Source: Escherichia phage LinBro
Length of the DNA: 64,000 nucleotides
Sequence record: OR896830.1
Reading direction: 5' to 3' (one strand)
The position numbers and the translations under genes were made by a program. The notes below the pieces were generated by a model. That model had not been told where the DNA came from and did not search any database. It saw nothing but the letters and a program-made list of their open reading frames with translations. Below, piece by piece: positions 1 to 10,635 of the stretch; position 1 is the stretch's first letter, and the number at the start of each line of letters is the position of its first letter.

Positions 1-1617
1 TTGCGGAGGTGCTTAATGGACTTAAATGCTGTTAAGCAGAAGCGAGTGGAAGATGTTAGGAAAGTCCTAGCTGGAGAGTTGGGGCTTTCTGATGAAGTAA
101 AAGAAATTATCAAATCATTCGGTAAAGACCCCTCTAAATTCCTTCCAACTCAAATTCTGACTTTATTAAGATACACACCAGACCAAGTTCGCCTTATCTT
201 TAAATTGATGACTGATAAGAACTATGTAGCCCCTCAACCGGGTTCTCAAGAGGTCTTTTTAAACACTAATGCTGACTTGGTTCTTTATGGTGGTGCTGCT
301 GGTGCTGGTAAAACTGCTGCATTGTTAATGGACTCTTTAAGATTTATTGAAGACCCTAACTATAATGCTGTATATTTCCGTCGAAATACAACACAGTTAC
401 AAGGTGGTTTATGGCCTGCTGCAAAGAAACTATTTGGTAAGTTTGGTGGGATTCCTCACGAGCAGAAAATGACTATCACATTCCCTTCTGGGGCGACTAT
501 CAAGTTTACCTACCTAGAACTTGAAAAGCACGCTGAAGGTCATCAGGGTATTGAATACTCAGCTATTTACTTTGACGAAGGTACACACTTCTCTGCTTCA
601 CAGATTTCATACCTACAAACCCGTCTACGTTCTGGTGCTGAAGGTGATTCATACATGAAGATTTCCATGAACCCAGACAGAGACCACTTTATTTATGATT
701 GGGTAGAACCATTCTTAGATGAAGAAGGTTATCCAGACCCTGAAAAGTGTGGTCGTATTCGTTGGTATGTAATGAATGATGGTGTGATGGTTTCTGATTG
801 GGAGAGAGACAAGATTCTTGAAATGTTCCCTCTTGAGATTCCTCAAACATACACCTTCATCTCTGGTACGATTGATGATAACCCAATTCTTGACTTCTTA
901 GAACCAAAGTATCGCGGTAAGTTGGAAAACAACACCCCTGTAAACGTTGCAAGACTTCGTTTCGGTAACTGGAAGGCTCGTGCAGAAGGTTCAAACTACT
1001 GGCAAAGACAATGGTGTGAGATTGTTGATTCACTCCCAGAAGATGTATTTGATGTTAGAGCATGGGACTTAGCAGCAACTTTACCATCTGAGATTAACCC
1101 TAACCCAGACTGGACAGCAGGTGTTAAGATGGGTAAATCTAAAAAAGACGGTTGCTATTATATCATTGATGTAGTAAGATTTAGAGATAGACCCTCTGGA
1201 GTCGAAACACAAATTAATTTGACTGCTGAAAGTGACGGTAAGCGAACTGGTATTTTTATCCCTCAAGACCCAGGCGCTGCTGGTAAATCCTACGCAACAT
1301 CCCTCATCAGGAAACTTGCCGAGAAAGGTTATCGAGCAAGAGCCAAACCAACAAATAAAGATAAAGTTACCCGCTTTGCGGGATTTTCTGCTGCTTCTGA
1401 AGCTGGACTTGTAAAAGTCTTGAGAGGTAGTTGGAACGAAGCTTATTTCCAAGAGCTTGAAGGCTTTTGTGGTGATGGCAAAACTAAAGATGACCAAGTG
1501 GATGCTACCAGTGATGCTTTCAACAGTCTTAACGAAGTTAAATTATTCAAGCCACCATCAATGGGTGCTCACACAGACTTAGTGAGAGGAAACCCATATG
1601 AGGGGCTTAGACGTTGA
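1..1617 (+). CDS. terminase large subunit (probably 5'-truncated by window edge)
   Basis: ORF open from nt 1; Walker A P-loop LVLYGGAAGAGKT near N-terminus; sits directly upstream of portal gene. Confidence 0.75.
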   Translation: MRRCLMDLNAVKQKRVEDVRKVLAGELGLSDEVKEIIKSFGKDPSKFLPTQILTLLRYTPDQVRLIFKLMTDKNYVAPQPGSQEVFLNTNADLVLYGGAAGAGKTAALLMDSLRFIEDPNYNAVYFRRNTTQLQGGLWPAAKKLFGKFGGIPHEQKMTITFPSGATIKFTYLELEKHAEGHQGIEYSAIYFDEGTHFSASQISYLQTRLRSGAEGDSYMKISMNPDRDHFIYDWVEPFLDEEGYPDPEKCGRIRWYVMNDGVMVSDWERDKILEMFPLEIPQTYTFISGTIDDNPILDFLEPKYRGKLENNTPVNVARLRFGNWKARAEGSNYWQRQWCEIVDSLPEDVFDVRAWDLAATLPSEINPNPDWTAGVKMGKSKKDGCYYIIDVVRFRDRPSGVETQINLTAESDGKRTGIFIPQDPGAAGKSYATSLIRKLAEKGYRARAKPTNKDKVTRFAGFSAASEAGLVKVLRGSWNEAYFQELEGFCGDGKTKDDQVDATSDAFNSLNEVKLFKPPSMGAHTDLVRGNPYEGLRR

Positions 1618-1624
1618 TAGCTAG

Positions 1625-3100
1625 GTGAGAAGAATGGCAGATATTACAGAAACACAAGAAAGCTTACCACCATTTAGAATGGGTGAAGTAGGTTCTTTGG
1701 GTCTGAAGGTTAAGAATGGAAGAATCTATGAAGAACCTCGTCAGGCACTAAGGTTCCCTGAAAGTATTAAAACTTTCCAATTAATGATGCGTGACCCTGC
1801 TGTAGCAGCATCTGTAAATATTATTAAGATGTTTGTCAGAAAAGTCAACTGGAGATTCGTACCTCCAAAGGGAAAAGAGCAAGACCCTAAAATGCTTGAA
1901 AGAGCAGACTTCTTTAATTCTTTAATGGATGACATGGAGCATGATTGGGCAGATTTTATTAATTCTGTAATGTCATTCTGCACTTATGGGTTCTGTGTTA
2001 ACGAGAAAGTTTATAAGAAGCGACAGGGTAAAAAAGGAAAGTACCAGTCAAAATTTGATGATGGTCTAATTGGATGGGCTAAATTACCAATCAGAAACCA
2101 ATCAACACTTGATAAGTGGTATTTTGACGAAGACTTTAGAAAAGTTACTGGTGTTAGACAGAATCTGAGAAATGTTTCACATATTGCTGGAGCAATTAAT
2201 CTTGGAGAAAGACCACTAACAAGAAAACTTCCACGAGCTAAATTCATGCTGTTCAAGTATGACGATGAATATGGAAACCCAGAAGGTCGTTCACCATTAC
2301 TTAATGCTTATGTACCGTGGAAATATAAAGTACAGATTGAAGAGTACGAAGCTGTTGGTGTTTCAAGAGACTTGGTTGGTATGCCAAAGATTGGTTTACC
2401 ACCGGACTATCTGGATGAGAATGCAGAACCTGAAAAGAAAGCTTTCGTACAATACTGCAAAACTGTTGTTAATGATATGATTGCAAATGACAGAGCAGGT
2501 TTAATCTGGCCTAGATATATCGACCCAGATACTAAAGAGGATATTTTTGAGTTCTCATTAGTTTCTAGACAGGGTGCTAAAGCATACGACACAGGTTCTA
2601 TTATTGACAGATATTCCAAGCAGATTATGATGGCATTTATGTCAGATGTTCTTGCTATGGGTCAGTCAAAATATGGTTCATTCTCTCTTGCAGATTCTAA
2701 GACAAGCTTACTAGCAATGTCAGTAGATATTCTGCTGAAGCAAATTAAGAACGTAATTAACCGTGATTTAGTTGCACAGACTTATGCTCTTAATATGTGG
2801 GATGATGAAGAACATGTACAAATCACATATGATGATATCGAAACTCCAGACCTTGAAGCAATTGGTTCTTATATTCAGAAGACTGTTGCAGTAGGTGCTT
2901 TGGAAGTTGACAAAGAGCTATCTAACAAGCTTAGAGAGCATATTGGTCTTCCTCCTGCTGATGAGTCTCAACCAGTATCTGAAAAGCTTTCTCCAAATAG
3001 CCAAAGCCGCTCAGGAGATGGTTATAAGACCGCTGGAGAAGGTACTGCAAAGACACCTTCAGCGAAAGACCCAAGCACAGCAAATAAGGCAAATAAATAA
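1625..3100 (+). CDS. portal protein
   Basis: 491 aa ORF immediately after terminase, upstream of protease and capsid genes; canonical position and size. Confidence 0.6.
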   Translation: MRRMADITETQESLPPFRMGEVGSLGLKVKNGRIYEEPRQALRFPESIKTFQLMMRDPAVAASVNIIKMFVRKVNWRFVPPKGKEQDPKMLERADFFNSLMDDMEHDWADFINSVMSFCTYGFCVNEKVYKKRQGKKGKYQSKFDDGLIGWAKLPIRNQSTLDKWYFDEDFRKVTGVRQNLRNVSHIAGAINLGERPLTRKLPRAKFMLFKYDDEYGNPEGRSPLLNAYVPWKYKVQIEEYEAVGVSRDLVGMPKIGLPPDYLDENAEPEKKAFVQYCKTVVNDMIANDRAGLIWPRYIDPDTKEDIFEFSLVSRQGAKAYDTGSIIDRYSKQIMMAFMSDVLAMGQSKYGSFSLADSKTSLLAMSVDILLKQIKNVINRDLVAQTYALNMWDDEEHVQITYDDIETPDLEAIGSYIQKTVAVGALEVDKELSNKLREHIGLPPADESQPVSEKLSPNSQSRSGDGYKTAGEGTAKTPSAKDPSTANKANK

Positions 3101-3600
3101 TGGCTGAAGTTATCTCTATTTCAAATGCTACACGAGTGCATTCGTATAGAGGTGTTCTTATTATCACTGACAAATTATCTGTAGAGGCTGGCTCAAGGGT
3201 CAGCCTTTCAGGTTACGTAAGTGACGGTGGAACCTCTGACGTTTTCACTATTTGTAGGTTACTTGATGCTCCAATGAGTGGAAAACCGTTTATTTCAGAA
3301 AATTGTAGTGAAATTGTTAAAATTCCATTTGACAGTTCATGCCTTTTGGGTGTAAAGTTATATAACTGCGAGAATAAACGTATTAATGTTAACAGCATTG
3401 AAGCCGCTTTCATTACCCTCGACACTGCATTTCAATCTCCAATGACAGTTAATAAAGAAACAAACAGACTTGAATACATTTTTTCAAAAAATGATTACAA
3501 AGTACTTGTCAAAGGTAAAGTATATGATATGATTGTAAATGTGGTAGATGAATCTGGTAACCATTCAACAGTCCTTAAACAAAAAGTAAGGTTTAATTAA
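3100..3600 (+). CDS. hypothetical protein (possibly virion-associated)
   Basis: 166 aa ORF with start overlapping portal stop (ATGG/TAATG coupling); no recognisable motif. Confidence 0.4.
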   Translation: MAEVISISNATRVHSYRGVLIITDKLSVEAGSRVSLSGYVSDGGTSDVFTICRLLDAPMSGKPFISENCSEIVKIPFDSSCLLGVKLYNCENKRINVNSIEAAFITLDTAFQSPMTVNKETNRLEYIFSKNDYKVLVKGKVYDMIVNVVDESGNHSTVLKQKVRFN

Positions 3601-3932
3601 TGGGAACATTAACTATTGATGGTAAGAATAAAATCCTCGCCACGCTAACCCCAACGACTATTATTTTACACAATGTAGACCCAACGGCAGACCCTACAGC
3701 AAATAAGGTTACTCAGCCAGTGGCTATTTATTTTTCTGAACCGGATAATGGCTTAATTGCCTCAGAAGACACAGTTAATATCACTGTTCCAGCTTCTGCA
3801 ACGGTCTCACACTATAGCTTGTGGGATGCTAACGATAAATGCGTGGCAACTGGTGCTCTTAGCAAACCTCAATTCTTTGCTGAAGAAGGTATCTATGTTA
3901 TCTCTTCAGTCTCTGTAGATTTAAACAAATAG
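3600..3932 (+). CDS. hypothetical protein
   Basis: 110 aa ORF translationally coupled (TAATG) to upstream ORF. Confidence 0.4.
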   Translation: MGTLTIDGKNKILATLTPTTIILHNVDPTADPTANKVTQPVAIYFSEPDNGLIASEDTVNITVPASATVSHYSLWDANDKCVATGALSKPQFFAEEGIYVISSVSVDLNK

Positions 3933-3943
3933 GGTGAGTAAAA

Positions 3944-5290
3944 ATGAGTTCGAATATCTTCAGACTTGCTGATAGATTATTCAACCAACCTTTACTAGCC
4001 ACTGAATCATTAGCTCACTCAGCAGCAACTTATGTGAATAACAGATTGCTGGGTGATGTCCAAGCAGCAGTAAACTTTGATAAACCCAAAGGTGAAGCAA
4101 GAAGTCTTTTAAAAGTGAAAGATGACATTGCTATTATCCCTATTATGGGTGGTTTAACCCATCGTATGACATTCATTGATGCAATGTGTACAGGTGGATT
4201 AAGTTCTTATGAAGGTTTGCGTAGAGGCTTTGACGAAGCTTTAGCAGATGAGTCAATCAAGACTATTGTTCTGCACATCGATTCTGGTGGTGGTGAAGCT
4301 TCAGGTTGCTTTGAATTAGCACGTCACATTATGGCTTCAAGAGGCCAAAAGAAAATTATTGCTTATGTAGATGAGTTCGCTTGTTCCGCTGCATACGCTC
4401 TTGCATCTTCTGCTGAAGAAATTATTGCATCACCAGATGCAGATGTTGGTTCTATTGGTGTAATCATGGTTCATCAGGAATTAACTAAGGCATTTGAAAA
4501 GAATGGCGTAACAATTAACGTCATCAAAGCTGGTGAGTTTAAAGGTATGGGTTCACCATTCCAAGCACTTTCAGAAGAAAGCAAAGAAAGACTTCAAAAG
4601 AGAATTAATGATACCTACGCAACCTTTACAGGTTTTGTAGCCGAATCTCGTAATCTCTCTGAAGAAGCTGTAAAGAATACTGAGGCGAATGTTTATTCTG
4701 CTCAGGAAGCTCTTGAACTTGGTTTAATTAACTCAATCATGTCTCAAGATGATTTCTTAAATTACTTACAAGGTTCTGAAGAGGCTCCTGTAAGTTTAAA
4801 CGTTAACAATTCAGGTGAAGAAATGACTGAACAAGAAAAGCAAGAACTAGAAGCTTTGCGTCTTCAGGTTGCTCAAATGAAAGCTAAAGAACAGGAAGCT
4901 GCTTTGTCAGATTTGACTAATAAGATTTCTGCTTCTGCTGAAGCTTTTGGATTTGATGCAAAAGAAGCTGCAACGACTATTTTAGGTGCTGGTCTTGATA
5001 ACCCTCTGAGTGTTCTGTTTATGAATGCTATGGAAGGTGCTAACCAGAAACTTAATGAAACTATCGCGTCCCATGCTTCTGCAATGGAAGAAAAAGAATC
5101 AGAAATTACCAAGCTGAAAGAAACTGCTGGTGCTGTTCTTGAACATTCTAATGCTATGGAAGAAATGGGTAATGACGGCGAAGCTGATTTGGTTGAAGAA
5201 GAAAAAGAACCAGCTAAGAATGCTTCCGAAGACACCGCTGAACAACGCAAACTGGCTCTCCAGAATGCTCTAAAATCTCTTATCAAATAA
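3944..5290 (+). CDS. prohead protease (S49/ClpP-fold) fused to acidic coiled-coil scaffold-like C-terminus
   Basis: N-terminal region resembles the S49 (SppA-like) peptidase fold (IDSGGGEASG, DEFACSAAYALASSA); C-terminal half is Ala/Glu/Lys-rich coiled coil; sits between portal and capsid. Confidence 0.7.
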   Translation: MSSNIFRLADRLFNQPLLATESLAHSAATYVNNRLLGDVQAAVNFDKPKGEARSLLKVKDDIAIIPIMGGLTHRMTFIDAMCTGGLSSYEGLRRGFDEALADESIKTIVLHIDSGGGEASGCFELARHIMASRGQKKIIAYVDEFACSAAYALASSAEEIIASPDADVGSIGVIMVHQELTKAFEKNGVTINVIKAGEFKGMGSPFQALSEESKERLQKRINDTYATFTGFVAESRNLSEEAVKNTEANVYSAQEALELGLINSIMSQDDFLNYLQGSEEAPVSLNVNNSGEEMTEQEKQELEALRLQVAQMKAKEQEAALSDLTNKISASAEAFGFDAKEAATTILGAGLDNPLSVLFMNAMEGANQKLNETIASHASAMEEKESEITKLKETAGAVLEHSNAMEEMGNDGEADLVEEEKEPAKNASEDTAEQRKLALQNALKSLIK

Positions 5291-5301
5291 GGAACACAAT
5301 A

Positions 5302-5679
5302 ATGGCATATCAAGGTTTTACTAAGTTAGGTAACAGAGAACCTCTGAATGATATCATTCTTTGGGAACAGATTACACCAACAGGCCACTCTCGTAAAGAG
5401 TACACTCCAGTTGCTTCAACAGAATACCGCGTAGGTGAAGTTCTGAAAGCAGATGGTACTAAGGTACAAGCTGGAGAAGAAGCCCAAGCAGACTCTGTAT
5501 GTATCGTTAATTTCTACGCAGACCTGCAACTGTCTTATCATGGTCAGTTGAAAGTGGTAGGTATCCACCGTGATGCAGAACTGAAAGACCTGCTAACTCT
5601 TGAATCAAGCGTTGATGCTACTGAAGTCAAGAAAGCTCTGGCTGCTAAAGGTATTGATTTCGTACCAACTGGCCTGTAA
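5302..5679 (+). CDS. putative head decoration/stabilisation protein
   Basis: 125 aa ORF immediately upstream of major capsid gene, same strong codon bias as capsid gene. Confidence 0.35.
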   Translation: MAYQGFTKLGNREPLNDIILWEQITPTGHSRKEYTPVASTEYRVGEVLKADGTKVQAGEEAQADSVCIVNFYADLQLSYHGQLKVVGIHRDAELKDLLTLESSVDATEVKKALAAKGIDFVPTGL

Positions 5680-5712
5680 TAACAATAATAAGACATTCTG
5701 GAGAATTTTACA

Positions 5713-6822
5713 ATGTTGACTAATTCTGAAAAAAGCAGATTTTTCCTTGCTGACCTGACTGGTGAAGTCCAGTCTATCCCTAATACTTATGGGTATATTT
5801 CCAACTTAGGTCTGTTCCGTTCAGCACCAATCACCCAAACTACTTTCCTTATGGACTTGACTGATTGGGATGTTAGCTTGCTTGATGCGGTAGACCGTGA
5901 TAGCCGTAAAGCAGAGACTAGCGCACCTGAGCGTGTTCGTCAAATCAGCTTCCCAATGATGTACTTCAAAGAAGTTGAAAGCATTACTCCTGATGAGATT
6001 CAGGGTGTACGTCAGCCAGGCACTGCAAACGAACTGACTACTGAAGCTGTAGTACGTGCTAAGAAGCTGATGAAGATTCGTACCAAGTTCGATATTACTC
6101 GTGAGTTCTTGTTTATGCAAGCTCTGAAGGGTAAAGTTGTTGATGCTCGTGGTACTCTGTATGCTGACCTGTACAAGCAGTTCGACGTTGAGAAGAAGAC
6201 TATTTACTTCGACCTTGACAACCCTAATGCTGACATCGATGCTGCTATTGAAGAACTGCGTATGCACATGGAAGACGAAGCTAAGACTGGCACTGTAATC
6301 AACGGTGAAGAAATTCACGTAGTTGTTGACCGTGTATTCTTCAGCAAACTGGTTAAGCACCCTAAGATTCGTGACGCTTATCTTGCACAGCAGACTCCAC
6401 TGGCTTGGCAACAGATTACTGGTTCTCTGAGAACTGGTGGTGCTGACGGCGTTCAGGCTCATATGAACACTTTCTACTACGGTGGTGTTAAGTTTGTCCA
6501 GTACAACGGTAAGTTCAAAGACAAGCGTGGTAAGGTTCATACTCTGGTTAGTATTGATGGTGTTACTCAGGATGGAACTGTAGGTGTAGGTCATGCTTTC
6601 CCTAACGTTTCTATGCTGGGTGAAGCAAACAACATCTTCGAAGTGGCATATGGCCCATGTCCTAAGATGGGTTATGCAAATACTCTGGGTCAGGAACTGT
6701 ACGTATTCGAATACGAAAAAGACCGTGACGAAGGTATTGACTTTGAAGCTCACTCTTACATGCTGCCATACTGCACACGTCCTCAGTTGCTGGTAGATGT
6801 TCGTTCTGACGCTCAAGAATAA
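5713..6822 (+). CDS. major capsid protein
   Basis: 369 aa ORF after protease/scaffold; strong RBS; pronounced highly-expressed codon bias (ctg, cgt, ggt, gaa). Confidence 0.7.
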   Translation: MLTNSEKSRFFLADLTGEVQSIPNTYGYISNLGLFRSAPITQTTFLMDLTDWDVSLLDAVDRDSRKAETSAPERVRQISFPMMYFKEVESITPDEIQGVRQPGTANELTTEAVVRAKKLMKIRTKFDITREFLFMQALKGKVVDARGTLYADLYKQFDVEKKTIYFDLDNPNADIDAAIEELRMHMEDEAKTGTVINGEEIHVVVDRVFFSKLVKHPKIRDAYLAQQTPLAWQQITGSLRTGGADGVQAHMNTFYYGGVKFVQYNGKFKDKRGKVHTLVSIDGVTQDGTVGVGHAFPNVSMLGEANNIFEVAYGPCPKMGYANTLGQELYVFEYEKDRDEGIDFEAHSYMLPYCTRPQLLVDVRSDAQE

Positions 6823-6843
6823 TATTCTTAAGGAGGGTTATGA

Positions 6844-7293
6844 ATGTGTTATACAGGCGACCCAGCCAATAACCCTCTTGATAGAGTAAGAATCCTCTGC
6901 ACAGACACCAATAATGATGAAATTCTTATTGAGCAGTCTGTGCTAGAGTGGTTCTATCTAGAATCTGGAAAGGATGAAAAGAAAGCAGCCATCAAAGCTC
7001 TTAAATATTTACTCTTTCAAGTAGCCAAGATGGGAGATGAGAAGGTTGGTGGTGTTTATTTACGTAACTCTTCCAGATTCAAATCTCTGAAAGCTGTTTA
7101 TGACGACCTTGTTAAAAGCTCTGTTTCAGGACTACCCTATGCAGGTGGTATTAATCAGTGTGATATTGACATGCGTCGTCAGAATCCTTGCTCTGTCAAG
7201 AAATACACAGAATATGGTGATGCTGCCAGATACGAAGGCAGAGATTACTGCAACCGTGTTAATGGCGTATTTATTATCGAGCGAGATGAATAA
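6844..7293 (+). CDS. hypothetical head completion/connector protein
   Basis: 149 aa ORF in head-tail joining region, RBS aaggaggg upstream. Confidence 0.35.
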   Translation: MCYTGDPANNPLDRVRILCTDTNNDEILIEQSVLEWFYLESGKDEKKAAIKALKYLLFQVAKMGDEKVGGVYLRNSSRFKSLKAVYDDLVKSSVSGLPYAGGINQCDIDMRRQNPCSVKKYTEYGDAARYEGRDYCNRVNGVFIIERDE

Positions 7294-7775
7294 TGGTTAA
7301 AAGGGTTATTCACCCCGCGAGAGCAAAATTAGTCGGGGCTATGAAGAACTTGCAAACGGCTAATGCTCAAGTTGGGTATTTTCAAGAACAAGGTCAACAT
7401 AGCTCTGGTTTTTCTTATCCTGCTTTAATGTATTTACAAGAAGTTATTGGGGTTCCTTCAGCTTCTGGTAAAGTATATCGTAGGTTGTTTGAAATCACTA
7501 TGATGCTAAACAAACAGACCTTGTTAGAGCAGACTAAGAAGAATCTATATAAGCAACTTAGCAGTCTCAACACAGACCCTTCAAATACCTTAGAAGCATT
7601 TGCAAAGAATGCTCAAAAGGCAATTAAAAGAGGTTTTGGTAATTCTGCTATCCTCCCTCCTAACGCACCTTCCACAGTCAAGAAAAAAGGCTTTAACGCA
7701 CCTCTTGTTGAGACAGGTGACTTAAGAGATAACCTTGCTTATAAAATTTCTACTAAGAAGGGTATTAAGAAATGA
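7293..7775 (+). CDS. hypothetical head-tail connector protein
   Basis: 160 aa ORF, ATGA/TAATG coupling with neighbours. Confidence 0.35.
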   Translation: MVKRVIHPARAKLVGAMKNLQTANAQVGYFQEQGQHSSGFSYPALMYLQEVIGVPSASGKVYRRLFEITMMLNKQTLLEQTKKNLYKQLSSLNTDPSNTLEAFAKNAQKAIKRGFGNSAILPPNAPSTVKKKGFNAPLVETGDLRDNLAYKISTKKGIKK

Positions 7776-8173
7776 GACTCTTAAACAGACACAGCTTTGT
7801 AGTAAAGCGTAAAGTCTCTGAAGACGGTTATTATAATGATGATGGTGATTGGGTAGCTTCACAAGATATTGTAGAGGTTAACTGCAAAGGTAATATCCAG
7901 CCATATATCAAAGGTTCTGTAAAGAATGGTACACAGATTGCTTTACCGGAAGGTATCAGGCTTACCGATACAAGAATCCTGTACACCACATATAAACTTA
8001 GAACTTCAGATGATGTAGAGTGGAATGAGTCTGATATTGTTATGATTGATGGTCATGAGTATGAAGTATTTATGACTATGGATTGGTCACAGCAATTAGC
8101 CCATACATCCCATTATGAATATATCATTATTAGAAGGGATAAAATGAATGCAGTTAGAAACAGCAGAACTTGA
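7772..8173 (+). CDS. hypothetical head-tail joining protein
   Basis: 133 aa ORF overlapping neighbours by 4 and 26 nt. Confidence 0.35.
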   Translation: MRLLNRHSFVVKRKVSEDGYYNDDGDWVASQDIVEVNCKGNIQPYIKGSVKNGTQIALPEGIRLTDTRILYTTYKLRTSDDVEWNESDIVMIDGHEYEVFMTMDWSQQLAHTSHYEYIIIRRDKMNAVRNSRT

Positions 8174-8747
8174 AAAAGGTCTAGTTAGAACCTTAGTGGA
8201 TGTTATTGGTCACAGACTAGCTCGTGATAAAAATAATAGACCAAATGTAATTAGAGCTTACCCTTCTGATAACTCAAATGACAAAGGTTTAAAACCTGAC
8301 CAGCCATTTATTACCGTATATTGTCAAGATGCTGCAACACCTTATGGTTGGGTTCTTGATAAGTTTGTTGAGGATGATGTAGTTTGCTACAGAATTGCTT
8401 TTCAGATTCCAGTATTAATTACGGTGAATGGTAAAGGTGCTCACAGTATTATGCTTGAGCTTAAACAACGATTAGAGATGAGTTCAGTCAGAGATTTAAT
8501 CCTTGAAGAAACAGGAGCTACAGTACTAGACACTGGAGCTATCCCGAATGACTACACTTATCTCAATACAGATTTCGAAAATTCTGCGCCTCTTGTTGTA
8601 ACTCTTGTAAAAAACTCAGTCCTGAAGGATGAACGTGGAAGTATTATTGAGCGTGTCATTGTTGATGGTGAGTTGGTTTATGAAGAAGGACAAGAGCCAC
8701 CAGAATATACTATCCATCTAGATGTAGACTCCAAAGGGGTAAAATAA
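8148..8747 (+). CDS. hypothetical tail completion protein
   Basis: 199 aa ORF directly upstream of sheath gene. Confidence 0.35.
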   Translation: MQLETAELEKGLVRTLVDVIGHRLARDKNNRPNVIRAYPSDNSNDKGLKPDQPFITVYCQDAATPYGWVLDKFVEDDVVCYRIAFQIPVLITVNGKGAHSIMLELKQRLEMSSVRDLILEETGATVLDTGAIPNDYTYLNTDFENSAPLVVTLVKNSVLKDERGSIIERVIVDGELVYEEGQEPPEYTIHLDVDSKGVK

Positions 8748-10100
8748 ATGTGGAATCCAATTGTTAATGTAGATATTACATTGAACACCGCAGGAACTAC
8801 AAGAGAAGGTTTTGGTTTGCCACTATTCTTAGCTTCAACAGATAACTTTGAAGAAAGAGTGCGTGGTTACACTTCCTTAACTGAAGTTGCTGAAGATTTC
8901 GATGAGAATACTGCTGCATATAAGGCTGCTAAACAACTTTGGAGTCAGACTCCTAAAGTAACTCAGCTTTATATCGGTAGACGCGCTATGCAGTACACTG
9001 TATCAATTCCTGATGCCGTTACCGAAAGTACAGACTACTCAATTACTGTAGCTGTTGGCGGTGGAATTTCTCAACCATACCAGTACACAGCACAAGATTC
9101 AGACACTGCTGAGGTAGTGTTGCAACAGTTTAAAACACAGATTGAAGCTGACCCAACAATCAAAGATAAGGTTTCTGTGAATGTAACTGGTAGCAATGGC
9201 TCTGCCACAATGATTATTACCAAAGCTGGTGATAATGACTTTGTGAAAGTAACAACCACAGCACAGACTGTATATATTGCAAGTACAACTGCTGATACAG
9301 CAGCAACTGCTCTGGCAGCTATCGAAGCTTACTCTACTGACTGGTATTTCATTGCAGCAGAAGACAGAACTCAACAGTTTGTCTTAGCAATGGCTTCTGA
9401 GATTCAGGCTCGTAAGAAAATCTTCTTTACGGCTAACTCCGATGTAACAGCCCTACAAGGTACAGAATTAGCCAGTGCAAATGATGTTCCAGCACAGCTT
9501 GCTAAGAATATGTACACTCGTACAGTTTGCTTGTGGCATCACGCAGCAGCAGAAGATTATCCAGAGATGGCATACATTGCTTATGGTGCTCCATATGATG
9601 CAGGCTCAATTGCTTGGGGTAATGCTCAGCTAACTGGCGTAGCAGCTTCTCTACAACCATCTAATCAGAGACCTCTGACAAGTATTCAGAAGTCTGCTTT
9701 AGATGTACGTCACTGTAACTTTATTGACCTTGATGGTGGTGTTCCAGTGGTTCGTAGAGGGATTACTTCTGGTGGGGAATGGATTGATATCGTCCGTGGT
9801 GTTGACTGGTTAGAATCAGACCTGAAAACTTCTCTGAGAGACTTGCTAATTAACCAGAAGGGTGGTAAGATTACTTATGATGATACTGGTATTACCCGTA
9901 TTCGTCAAGTCATTGAAACCTCTCTGCAAAGAGCAGTCAACAGAAACTTCCTGTCATCTTACACAGTTAATGTTCCTAAAGCCTCTCAAGTTGCTTTAGC
10001 AGACAAGAAAGCACGTATCCTGAAAGATGTTACCTTCGCAGGTATCTTAGCAGGGGCTATCTTGGATGTTGACTTGAAAGGTACAGTGGCTTACGAATAA
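8748..10100 (+). CDS. tail sheath protein
   Basis: 450 aa ORF immediately upstream of a ~150 aa tube-sized ORF, chaperone pair and tape measure: the contractile-tail gene order. Confidence 0.55.
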   Translation: MWNPIVNVDITLNTAGTTREGFGLPLFLASTDNFEERVRGYTSLTEVAEDFDENTAAYKAAKQLWSQTPKVTQLYIGRRAMQYTVSIPDAVTESTDYSITVAVGGGISQPYQYTAQDSDTAEVVLQQFKTQIEADPTIKDKVSVNVTGSNGSATMIITKAGDNDFVKVTTTAQTVYIASTTADTAATALAAIEAYSTDWYFIAAEDRTQQFVLAMASEIQARKKIFFTANSDVTALQGTELASANDVPAQLAKNMYTRTVCLWHHAAAEDYPEMAYIAYGAPYDAGSIAWGNAQLTGVAASLQPSNQRPLTSIQKSALDVRHCNFIDLDGGVPVVRRGITSGGEWIDIVRGVDWLESDLKTSLRDLLINQKGGKITYDDTGITRIRQVIETSLQRAVNRNFLSSYTVNVPKASQVALADKKARILKDVTFAGILAGAILDVDLKGTVAYE

Positions 10101-10115
10101 TAGAGGTAAATTGGA

Positions 10116-10562
10116 ATGGCTATGTATCAGCAATATTCCCCTAAAGACGTTGTATGTAGCTGGAATGGTATTGCCATTGAAGGCTTTGCCCCAGACTCAT
10201 TCTTGCGTCTACAGAGAACATCACCACTCGTGACACCAGTTGTTGGTGCAGGTGGTCAAGTTGCTCTGACAAGAAATGCAGACAAGACAGGTACTATTGA
10301 GATTGAGTTAATGCAGACTTCTCTCTCTAACCAGATGCTTTCTGCAATTCAAGCTAAACAAGACAATATGGAACTTGAAGAAGATATCTCTTCTAACTTC
10401 GTAATCTACGACCCATCAGGCTCTGTTCTGGCAACTGGTATTAACGCTTGGTTGCAGGAGTTACCGCAGATTGAACTTGGTCGTGACCAGAACTCTAAAA
10501 CTTGGATTTTTGGTTGTGAGAAGTTAGACTACACTTCTACAATTCCAGCGTCAAGTGTTTAA
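10116..10562 (+). CDS. tail tube protein
   Basis: 148 aa ORF between sheath and chaperone genes, followed by strong terminator. Confidence 0.55.
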   Translation: MAMYQQYSPKDVVCSWNGIAIEGFAPDSFLRLQRTSPLVTPVVGAGGQVALTRNADKTGTIEIELMQTSLSNQMLSAIQAKQDNMELEEDISSNFVIYDPSGSVLATGINAWLQELPQIELGRDQNSKTWIFGCEKLDYTSTIPASSV

Positions 10563-10574
10563 TAAATCCTATAA

Positions 10575-10607
10575 GGGGGAGACTTTAAAAGGTCTTCCCC
10601 TTTTTTG
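10575..10607 (+). terminator. rho-independent terminator after tail tube gene
   Basis: 9-bp GC-rich stem GGGGGAGAC/GTCTTCCCC (one G-U pair) with 8-nt loop, followed by TTTTTTT. Confidence 0.7.
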
Positions 10608-10635
10608 TTTCTTTTAAAAGTATTAAGGAATCACA

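Noticed and set aside
5821-6816. 331-aa ORF on the minus strand antisense to the major capsid gene
   Set aside because: Lies entirely inside the strongly codon-biased capsid gene, has low-complexity composition, no RBS and no partner genes on that strand; a typical antisense artefact of a GC3-skewed gene.
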